Source: Antedon mediterranea (taxonomy: Eukaryota > Animalia > Echinodermata). Taken from it: 64,000 nucleotides of DNA. Below are positions 49,301 to 61,300 of the stretch, piece after piece. The stretch covers positions 25,003,365-25,067,364 of the forward strand of contig NC_092678.1 in NCBI RefSeq assembly GCF_964355755.1, written 5' to 3'. A program made the position numbers and the translations under genes. The number at the start of each line of letters is the position of its first letter. The stretch's first letter is position 1. Under the pieces are notes generated by a model. That model made no database searches. It was not told the DNA's origin and was given only the letters and a program-made list of their open reading frames with translations.

Positions 49301-52300
49301 ATCAAAAACTCATCCAAGAAATTACATTTACCAACTTACTATTGAATTTTGAAACTAATAATTAGTAATAATATAAATTATACAATACTTACTACAATTG
49401 GGTGATGTCAGTCCATTTGGTTTCCCTGTTCTGATATCTACACATATGCAGTCGGTGAAACTACAAAGAAATATCATACAATACTAACTAAAAGCTGAGC
49501 AATGTAATTTTCTGATACTAATATAATAGAAACATGAAATGAAATGTATATTGAAAATATTCTTTTTTCCAAACCAATAATTAGTAAAAACTAGTTTTAC
49601 TAATTATTGGTTTGGAAAAAAGAATATTTTCAATACACTTATACCTACAAACCAGATGAACATTTTCAATCATGAAATGAAATGGTTTGGGTATCATAGT
49701 CCATAGAAAATAAAGTATTGCATTGACAGTTAAAGAATTGTCTCAAGTAAGTTAGTATGGCAGACTCTGCATCAAGTATCTGGTTCCACTGGTCAAGGTG
49801 GGCACTGGAAGAAAGAAGCCCTTGATCAATGTTAGGACCAATCAAGGTGCTTAAAACGGTCCTGGCTTTGTTTGTATCAAAACCTGTTAGTGGCTTTAAT
49901 TATCGCTGTTGGTTTCAATTGAATAAAATAAAAAAAAACAATAAATTTTCGTACCCAAAATCTGAGCGACACTGTTGAGCGTCGTAGTTTCCATCCTCTG
50001 AGCACGTCAAAAGTTGTATTTCTGGGTCAGCAATCAAGCCACTGGCTAGTTGACGTCTATAAATCTCAGCAAACTCAGCACAACTATAGCAACAACAAAA
50101 ACAAACATATAAACACAATATTTATAAATTAGCATCTAATCTCTCAATAGCATTACCCTGGACTCTTTAGAAAACATGCATTAATTAGTAGTTGTCTGTC
50201 ATTGCTGTTTAATTAACCCAAACAAAAATAGCATATTTCACATGAAAGTATTATTAAAATATCAACTTACGTTAATTGGTCGAATGGGACTGAAAGAAAA
50301 ACATGAGAAATAAAAAACATGATTTAAAAATATTAAATCACAATTATTTGAGTAAATACCATCCTTATAATTTTATAGTATAATCTTTATGTGACAAAAA
50401 ATGTTATGTGCCCATAATGTGGACATGATGATGTCATAATTATCACTCCCATATATGGGCACATCACTACTATATTTGGGCACACTAGCAGTATCTTACC
50501 ACAACTTGGAGGAACAAGGTCTGAATTGACATCACCAGTTTCAGGATCTGCACAATAACATCTAAAAACAAAGATAATAAATAATTTTACCATTATGCGA
50601 GAAGCAAAAACAATTTTTATTTTTTCAGTAAATGTAACATTGACCACCTATTTTTGTTTTTACATAGTAGAGTATTGTTGAAATTGAAAGATGTACTAGG
50701 TTCTTTAAAGTGCACACGAGCTAGATGTGTACACTGGACCTACGGTTTATAGTCCTTATCCGAGAAGACTCGTTCTACCACCAGAACCATGGAGTGAGTG
50801 AGCCTCGAACCCCTGCCGATGGCTACGTAATTACGGTTCCACTGTCTTAACCGCTCGGCCACTCACTCACAATTGTTCTTGCTGGTGTTTTGTTTCTAAA
50901 GCTCTGTCTACACTTTCAAACTAGTTTGACAAAAAAAGTGTGATATGCCCAAATGTGGTAGTGTTATGTCCAAATAAGGTAGTGATATGACTATCATCAT
51001 GTCCATATATGGGTATATCACATTTTTTTGTCACGTAAGGTTTGATAGTGTAGACAGAGCTCAACTTATATCAAACAACATTCATTATTGTTTATGAATA
51101 TTGGACAATGACAGTTTTTAATTTGAATTATGTTAAGAGTATAGCTTACCCAACGCCATCAAAACATTGAAGAACTTCATATCTACCATCTGAAGCACAA
51201 GCTGGTAATTTACCAAAGTCTGGTATTTCGATGCCAAGTTTTTGAGCTAATTCTATATTTAAGTTAAGTTCATCTCGTCTTTGAGCACATAGTGGTACTT
51301 CACTTGTTTCTGTGAAAAAAAGGAATATAAAACGCGATATGATAATTATTTTGATTTGCCTTTCTACTCTCAATTATCATCTAAAAATAAATATTATTTA
51401 TTGTTTTTTAATGACAATATTTTATTGGTAAGGGCCGAGAGGTAGAACTAACCAATTGTTCGTACCTTCTATAACCAGACGAGCGGGTGAGCTAAGAATC
51501 GATGATGATCGAGCAGTAACACCACATCTATAACTTCCCTCGTCTTCTTTCTCTACGCCAATGATAACAAGATCAAATGTTTTGTCGCCTTCGTTTCTCA
51601 CTACCCTGTAACGGCCGTGTGAAAATACGTTAACAGGAATGTCGTCTTTGAACCAGTAGACGTAGCCTTCGACTTCCAGAAAACTGCAAATCATGTTGAC
51701 GGAGCTGCCAATGGCTGCTGTGACATCCGATGGCTCCACATCGAAGATCACTGTTGGTGCTTCTGTGAAAGGAAGAGTAAAACCAAAATGATTTATTTGT
51801 ACTTTATTTTTACTTCACAGCCTCGTCGCCGAGAGGTCCATGTACTTCTTAGCCTGCCTTACATCTTACAAGATTTCTCTATTCATTTCTACTACAATTC
51901 TTTTTACTTGCTAGATACGTTGCAATTTTGAGTTTCAAATTAGAGGGTTTTTTGAGAAATTTCATTTATGGAAATAGTTATCAATGAAAATACAAGAAAA
52001 CCAATGGAGGAGTACACATAAATGAACCCGACAGACTATATATGATGATGGCGATAATGATTATCAACCTATGTAAATGATTGTTAAGGAAAACAGAAAT
52101 TGAGGGACTATTAAACATGATAATATTTTTAACATTTGGAAATTGAATATTTAAAAACTTAAGCCCTGTCTACACACTTTATGTTACAACAAAATGTGAT
52201 GTGCCCATATATGGACATGATATCATATCATTACTATAACATCATACTTTCTTGTCAAACTAGTTTGATAGTGTAGACAGAGATTTAGAGCTAAACAATC

Positions 52301-55300
52301 ACCCACCATCAACAAGGTATATGTAGCAGTTGACCGGAGGTTCATCAAATCTTCGCAAACTGTCTTGAATCAACGTTCCGTCTCCGTAGTTACACATGCT
52401 ACTTCCGGTTGAAAGTTGTCGTGATTTGTCTTTGTAATCACCGTAATGATCGCACTCGGGCAGGAATTGATCAACGAGGTAAACGCTGACTAGATCTTCG
52501 TCGAGCAACGCTAGCTTGTTCATTACCTCGGGGATGTTCTTTTCTACGTGAAGTTGTTGGATTTCGTCGGCTTCTTCGCTGTAACCTGCACTTCTAATGG
52601 CTTCTAATATCATGTTACTCATGGAAGCCACACATGATGTGTACTCATCTGCAATGCATACACAAAAAAAAATCGAGGGGATTGTCCATATAATAATAAT
52701 ATCCTGGATTTATATAATGTTGTGAAACCTCTAAGTGCTGATCATTATTACCCCAGTAATTTTTTTGAATAAAAAATGTATGGAAACATACTCCCATATG
52801 ACATAATTGTTACACCTATAAAAGCCCCATGTGCCTTCAATCCACTAACCACCACAATTAACAAATGTACAAGACACTTACTGCAATCGGGATATTGGTA
52901 TGGATTTACTCTTCCGTGTATTTCATCCACGCATATACATCTAAAAATTAAAGTTAACATCATTATTATTTCAAGATTCAAGAAATTTTATTGGTCCACC
53001 TAAAATGGAAATTCATTTTTCTAGGCATAATTAAGACAATAAAATTGCAGAAACTCTATAGGCCAATGCGGTTAATATGCCAATTGTCTTGTCTGAAGTG
53101 CAGCATAATTTTAGGGGATTACGTCACATTATCAAACAGCACCCTTACCCTGTTTCTGCAGTGCACGATTGTTTAACAAAATATCCTTCATCATCACATT
53201 CTGGTGCTTCTGGGAATGGTGCCACATTGTAGTCTTCAGAAAGAATTGAATCTATCTCTCTCAAGGTTTCTCTTCGACTTTCAAAACACCTAAATAATAA
53301 AAAATATATAGTCATAAAACTGCCACTTCATTGTGTTCTTAAGTGAGATTATGTTCTCAAGTGAGACGGTGTTCTCAAGTGAGACGGTGTTCTCAAGTGA
53401 GACGGTGTTCTCAAGTGAGACGGTGTTCTCAAGTGAGACGGTGTTCTCAAGTGAGACGGTGTTCTCAAGTGAGACGGTGTTCTCAAGTGAGACGGTGTTC
53501 TCAAGTGAGACGGTGTTCTCAAGTGAGACGGTGTTCTCAAGTGAGACGGTGTTCTCAAGTGAGACGGTGTTCTCAAGTGAGACGGTGTTCATAACAAAAC
53601 AAAACTTGACCATTAAGATATGACAAATGCCGGTCAAATAACAAAACAAAACTTGACCATTAAGATATGACAAATGAGAAATACACACAATATGAAAATA
53701 CCTTGGTTCTGCTTCTTGGTCTTTTGTTGGTAATTCTAAAAAAGAAAAATTAAAACAAATATCAGATTGTAAAAGCAACTATGAAAAAGGACACCTACTG
53801 CTAACATTTTAACATGATTAATATTAATTTACCACGTACAGCTTTTACAAAATTGCTTAAGTAAAATCTTACCAACTTTAGGTAAACATGAACACAATCT
53901 ACAGTAATCGTCTCCTCTTTCGAATCCAAAGAAACAGAATTTATTGCAAATAAATGGTGGACAATCGTCCCCAGCCGAGGTTTCAAAAATGCTGGATGAA
54001 TAGTCTGAAAGAAAATAAAATATTAATATTATTTTGCTTCAAAAATGTGAATGGAAATTTCAGAAACATTATTAAATGTTAATTTTAAAACTGCAAAAAT
54101 TATAAATAAAATTTCAAAATATAGTACCAAGCAGCAACAATATTATGATATACAGTCAACTCGTCCAAACTGGCAGTTATTGTTTGCCAACTAAACATTA
54201 AATTAAAGGTAAAAGTTTTAGGAGAGTTCGGTGAAGTTGACTTTCATTTAATTAATTTATTTATTTATCTCAACAATATTTTACGAGGGTGGTCCATCCA
54301 GCCGAAGCTGATTGTTAGGGACATCCCAAAAATACAACATGACGAGACATAAACATGTAACAATACAAATATAAAACCTAATTTAAAATAAAATGTTAAA
54401 ACAAATATACATTGCAAACAAAAATATCAATGACAGTTTAGAAATAATACTTTATAAATTAATTGATGTAAACAAATTAACATAAAAATGAGATGACATC
54501 AAGCAAATCACATAAATGCATATAGTATGTTATCTATATATGAAGCTAATGTTGCCAATCCAATCAATATAAATGATGTCAAAATATACAGTATATATTC
54601 AATATTATTATGTATTATGTTTAATATTGTATAGTACATAAAAAATGTATTTAAATACAAAAAAGAAAACTAGTGTAGTATTCTAAGTATTGAGTTAATA
54701 AATCAATATTGTAGTTTGACCTGATAAGCTTTCCTTAAAGACAAGTCATAATCGCTTGTAAATCCCTGACGCAAAGCTACTCCACAGTAGTTTAACACAA
54801 TTACAACGCTTGTAATATATTCCAGCAAAATATACTTGACATGCATTTTTCAACAATATTAATAATATTTCTCCTCACCCCCTCTCCCTCAAAGGAGGTG
54901 TTAAGGTTGATATCATTAATATTGCATACATATTTGCAATTCTCTTTTACCTGAATCATTACATTCACAAACAGAGCAACCACAATTATCGGTTACATAA
55001 CCAAAATTACATTCTAATGAACAATTAAATGGTTGACATTCTGAGGAAAACAAATATAATCAACAGTAGAGAGTAAACAATTACATTATGGAAAATAAAC
55101 ATTATGTGATGACATCAGTATAACATTAATATAAACATTAATAATTAATTTCTTTAATTAATGATATGAGAGCATGACCCAAGTATTGTATTAGTGAGCT
55201 GTTGGAGGTACTTAAGTATTGTAACTTACTTGTAAGTGTGGTAGAATGTGAGTCTGGTTGGTAACATTCACAAGTATCGCAGCCATTCTCATCTTTTACG

Positions 55301-58300
55301 TAACCTTGACTACAATAGACTAACAAACAGTCAGTAAGCGCTGGACAGCCTGGAGCTAAATAAGAAAAATAAAGAATATTAATCGCTTGAAAATGGTGGC
55401 ATAATCGCAAGGCAATTTTTTTCAACTAACTATTTGGTGACTTTGACATTGCATCACCTATAAACCATCCTGCCCTAGAGACAGAACTAGAAAAAAAATT
55501 GCAGAAAGCATGTTGCAAGACAGAACATGACAAAGATGATGTTTATCAACAACTGGAACAGTCTAACTAAGGATGTAGTTGCAGCCGAAATGGTGAATTC
55601 CTTCAAGACTCGTCTTGACAGATGTTGGGTTATAAAGGCATTGGCCTAAACCTTTCCCACTCACAGTACACATAAACCTGGTGATGAAGACAAAGACAAA
55701 CAGCCAAGACGAACAGCCCCTTGGACGGCCATCTTATCAAGTATATAAGTAAGTATGTTGGTCTGAGCCTAAATTAGTAGATACTTATTTACATCATTGG
55801 CAACAAATATCTTAAAATCTAAAGAAACAGAACTAAAACATACCTTCTGTAACAGTGAGCTGAGCAGTAGTGCTGGATTCATAGAAAGGCAGAGATGTGA
55901 CCCCACAATGGTACTGGCCCTCATCCTCCTTCTGAACATCGTATATCACAAGGTTATAGGTCATCTCAGCATCGTTCCTGTCAACGTAGTAGCGACTGTG
56001 TGGGTACACATTGACCGGTATTTCGGAGTCTTTCACCCAGTAAACGTAGCCCTCTACTTTACTGAATGTACAGGGTAAAATGATGGTGCTACCAGCCTCA
56101 GCTGTCATGTCAGATGGCTGTGCATCAAACTCAATTGGTGATGGAACTAAACATGAGGAAAACAATGACAATTATACGTTGGTGACAATTTACTGATACT
56201 GTAGTGACTCTAAAACAATATTTTTATATTGAATGAATAATATCATTGTATATTCAAATACATTTCAACAACTATTTTTCATGTAAGATAATTATTTTAC
56301 GGTATATATTTTTTTGCTGAGAATTAAACTCTCTCACACTTAAGTAAGATCATCAAAACGCGTAGTGATGACCGTGCAGAGTCACTAAATTACCAAAGAA
56401 TGCAAAAATAAATGCTTTAGCAAGCTTTTAAGCTTAATTAAGTATTTACCATTGTATAACTCTCTGCAGTTGATTGGTTCTTCCCCGACAGTTCTCCTTG
56501 TTCCTGGAATCAACGAACCGTTTCTATAGTTACAGTTTTTACTTCCAGTGGACAGCTGAATGGACGTATCCAGGTAGTTACCGTATCCGTCACACTCTGC
56601 CCAGTATTGATTCACAAGATATTTACTAATACGCTCTTCATCAATGGTTGCCAGGACTTTTATGATGTATGTATCGTTCTTGTTAATCATTCCGTCAACT
56701 TCGTCTGCTTCGGTTGTGTAGCCAGCACTTCTTAGCGCTTCAACTATTCTGCCAGTGTAGTCTAACATGCATGGTTTGAACCGATCTGTAATAAGGAAAC
56801 AAGAAAATATAAAACGGATTATAATTAACACAAATAAAAACGATGGAACAGTATAGAACTACTAATAAGCTGTTGGTCCAGTGTGCATAAAAGGCTAAAA
56901 GAAGAAGTCATACCGCATTTGTGCCTAGCATAGTTAATGTACAAAAAAACAAGTCTTGAAGCGCTTTGAAATACAATATCACAAAAAAAGGGAGAGAAAG
57001 TTCATGGCAGCACCTGAACCGAAGTATGGGGATACGCCCTCGTCGTTGTTTGTTGTTTATGAAGTTAAGCATGATAAGTTAAGCATGTACTAACCACACT
57101 CTGGATATTCAAGCTGGGTGGCTGAGCCATAAATTTTGTCTACACATACACAACTGAAAGAAAAACAAAGAAAACTAATAAAGGAAAAAAAATGAAAGGA
57201 ACGTAAGAGAGTAGTTTCGAAGCTTTCATCATAACAGACACCAAAATGATCACCACTTAAAGGACAGTCTTACCCTTCTTCTACAGTACATGACTGCTGG
57301 ACGAAGTTACCATCTTTATCACAATCTTGTGGTTCTGGGAATGGTCCGACACTATATTCTGAATTTAAGATTGCATCTACGTTCTCTTGCCGCCGCCTCT
57401 GTTCCTCTGGACACCTATAAGATAAAACCTTATATGCAGAATGAAAATATAAACAAAAACGGAAGAAAGATGAGAATGATATTTTGTATGTCAGATACTT
57501 AAAATGTGTCTGGACCATTCCATTTTGTAGTCAGGGATGTTTATTCCTGGTTTGTTTTTACAACTAAAAAAACAAACCTGCCAGCTTCTGCTTGTTTGTA
57601 CCGTTCCTGTTCTTCAAAGTCTATTTCTAGAATAAAAACAAAAATTCTAATAATTGCATTTCACACAAACTTTTCAATTCATATCTAACAAAATTAACAA
57701 GTAAATATATGGAAACGATAATGTCACAATTATTCTACTGCAGTTACTGCAGTAGTTACATTATTCTACTGCAGTTACTGCAGTAACTACATTATTCTAC
57801 TGCAGTGGCGTATGATTTTTAATTTGATCAATGATGAGGCAGTCACTGTAATACACAGTGTGTATGGTGACCCAAAAAAGGTAGCTAAGCAATTACATAA
57901 ACAGGTTTAAAAAGTATAAAAATGTAGTTGCTGCAGTAACATGTAATAAATAAGCAAATAATCTTACCAACTACAGGCATACATGAACAAGTTCTGCAGT
58001 AATTCATATCTGTCTCGTATCCAAAGAAACAAAACTTGTCGCAAATAAACGGTGGACATTCTACACCTCCTGAATAGTCTCCATCTTCTATAGAAGTAAT
58101 AACATTGTATTTTAAAAATTGTTTAAAACCATTTTTATACAAATTTTAAATCTTTATTTATTTGATCTCTTCTTTTATTATTAGTGTAAGGAACCTGTGC
58201 AATTTGTTTCTCTGTGTTCTGGACCCCAATGGAAATAAATATTATACTTTATGGGATATCCTTTTAACTCGAGTTTGACTGTTGTATTAATTGTTTCATA

Positions 58301-61300
58301 TTATATTATGTTATTATTGTATATAGTTGTGTGACTAGTTGAAAAAGTAAATCAATCAATCAACAACATCATGCATATAAAATATAAAGACAAAAACACT
58401 GTTGAGACTTATTTTCACATAAATCACTGCAAAGTTTGCATTCTATGAAGAAGAATTTTTACAAACTGCCAAAAAAAAACCATGGGCCTAAATGGGCACC
58501 TTTTTTGATAAAAAATATAATTTATATAAAACATGTCAAATTGTGTAAAATAAATAACGCATCATAGTAAAGAAGAAAACTAGAAAAAATAATATAATAC
58601 ATATAATTTTGTTTCGTTTATTTTAATGATATAATTTGATCCGATTTAAATAAAATACTTAAATATGGTTACAGATTAAGGTTATCTTATAATAGTTAAG
58701 TCCGGCCCATCCCCATATCGACATTTTTAACTCCAATTTTCATCTGTTTCTTTGTGTTTCTGAGTTGTTGTAATTGTGTATGATCCTGTTAACCAAGCTG
58801 TAAGTGGCGGATTTGTTTCTGCTGTTATTATTAAATGTAATGTCATTTCTAATCATTACCTGTAACATTCACTAGATAATTACATTCGCATGTATTGCAT
58901 CCGTTCTGGTCCTTTAGATAACCATCACTACAATACAACGACGAGCATTCCGCAGGCAACGATAGACACTCCGGACCTGTAAGAAAAACACTCATCATTG
59001 TTTTTATGTAAACTGATGCTGATTGGACGTATTTAATAGCAAGTTCGTTAGATCTCTTTAATTTATTGGTTAAACGCTTTTTGTTTTCATTATATATGTA
59101 CAGTATAATCAAATGTACCTAGTTGCAACAATAAATACTGTTGATTCGCCCACCAAATAAATTTGTTCAGTATAAACATTTTGAAAAAAAAAAGGCCAAA
59201 ATTGCTGGTACCTTCTTGTTGACGACAAGTACAAGTTTCACAGCCATTGCCATCAATGACGCCTCCGAATTCACAGTGTTCAATACATGCATACACAGCA
59301 CACGCAACAGGTGCATAGCTTGGAGCTAAGACAGAAATATTGTTAGAAGCTCACAGTTAGTAGCCATGCTAATGTAACCTGTTCTATAATACATTCTAAT
59401 ACATATTTAAATTAGAGAAAACATACCAAACGTTTATATATCAACACTTTTTGTAGGATGCAGGCTTTATCGTAAATGGATTGTAAAACAATACATGTTG
59501 CACATAGCAATAAACAAAATTAAAGACAGACTTATTAATTATTAAATTAATTATTAATTTAAGCAGCGATATTTAAGCAAAATGGAAAACGAATGTAAAG
59601 CTCTGTCATATCATTACAATATGTGGGTATATCACTACCATATTTGGGCACATCACACCTTTTTTTTCAAACTAGTTTGATAGTGTAGATAGAGCTTTAT
59701 AATAATATTATGAGACATTAAATTTTAAATGAAACTTCTTTCTGGACATTAGCTTTATTGATAAATTGATTTATACATAATATACGGTGGTACCTTGTTG
59801 TTCAACACATTCACAAGTTTGACAGCCATTTTCATCAACCTTTCTACGTCCAGGACAAAGTCCAACGCACGTCACTGTCACACACGCAACATGTCCTACA
59901 TAAATTATTATGATTAGTCTTGTTATAAATGTTAGCAGTTAAAACCAGATATTTTAAGGTTCAATTTCTAAAGATCTACTGCTACTATCGGAATATGTTA
60001 ATGTTTATAACATACCTTCTGTTGGAGGTACTGTTGGAGTGGCACACTGGCATGTTTCACAGCCATCAGAATCAAGTACATATCCATTTACACAGTTGAA
60101 ATCACACTGTACTGGTTGACAGTCTGAGGGAATAATGCAAATCAAACTCCAATTTTATAAAAAATGATATAACTTTATGTATATTAAATCTGTAACTGTA
60201 GTAAAAACAAGCACGAATGTGCGATATTTGGGGTACAGCAAAAGAAGATGTAATAACGTCATAAGACAGGATGAAGTCACATAACATCAAAATCAGCTAT
60301 ACGGCTATACGGTACCATCTTCGGAGACGTGATATGGCTGCATCCTGTTTTAAAAATCCGGCTCTATAGCTTTGAGGACATGTTCCTGTAGTATATTCAT
60401 GCCAAATCCCAGCTCAATACTACAACGAATAAGGGAGGAGTAGTACTTTATAAATCGCACTTTTTACTCAATAGTGTCCAGATGGAGGAAATGGAAGAGG
60501 AGAAGATGAGAGAGTCCTAGACTTGGGTACCCCGAGTAAAAAGTTGAAATAATCCCTTATAAGTCTACTATCGCCTTTAAATCTGCCTTGAAAACTCATC
60601 TTTTTCTTTCAGATTGAGCTCTCTCATACACCGCGCATTTGATCACTTACTGCTGGAATTGACGCGTAAACAAATTCATACTATTATTATTATTATTATT
60701 TGTTTTACGTTTCAATCATTATTAATAAATAATTTGAATATTGCAAACATTACCTGATATGAACGGTCTTGCTACCGGACCACTGCCATATGAATTAGTA
60801 GTGCGAATTTTAGCAAAGTACCGGTATGATGTATTAATATCGTTAAGTACATATGATGTGGAAGACATGGTCAGCAACACATCCCATGATTCAGTTGTGT
60901 CACGCGATGCAATCTGAAGAATGTACTGAGCATCTGAGCTTCCCCAGTAGATTGGATCCACAGCCTAATGACAAATACAAAATAAATCAATCAATCAAAA
61001 TTATGTAATACAAGTCTACAATAACCTAATTTATAGGAGTATTGATGCAATAGTAGCACTGCTCTAAACCTCTGTCTACACTATCAAACAAAAAATGTGA
61101 TGTGCCCATATATGGACATGATGATGTCATATCACTACCATATGTTAGATTGGATCCACAGCCTAACAAAAACAAAAAGAAGCAAAATACTGTAATATAA
61201 GTCTACAATAACATACTTCTGAATAATTACAAATGAAATTGATAATAATAATAATCTTTTTTTGGAAACGCAACCTTTATATCGATGGCACACGTGCCAA

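Noticed and set aside
53290-53778. ORFs with ENTVSL / SSETVF repeats
   Set aside because: They come from an 18-bp intronic tandem repeat; only 53735-53702 is a plausible micro-exon.
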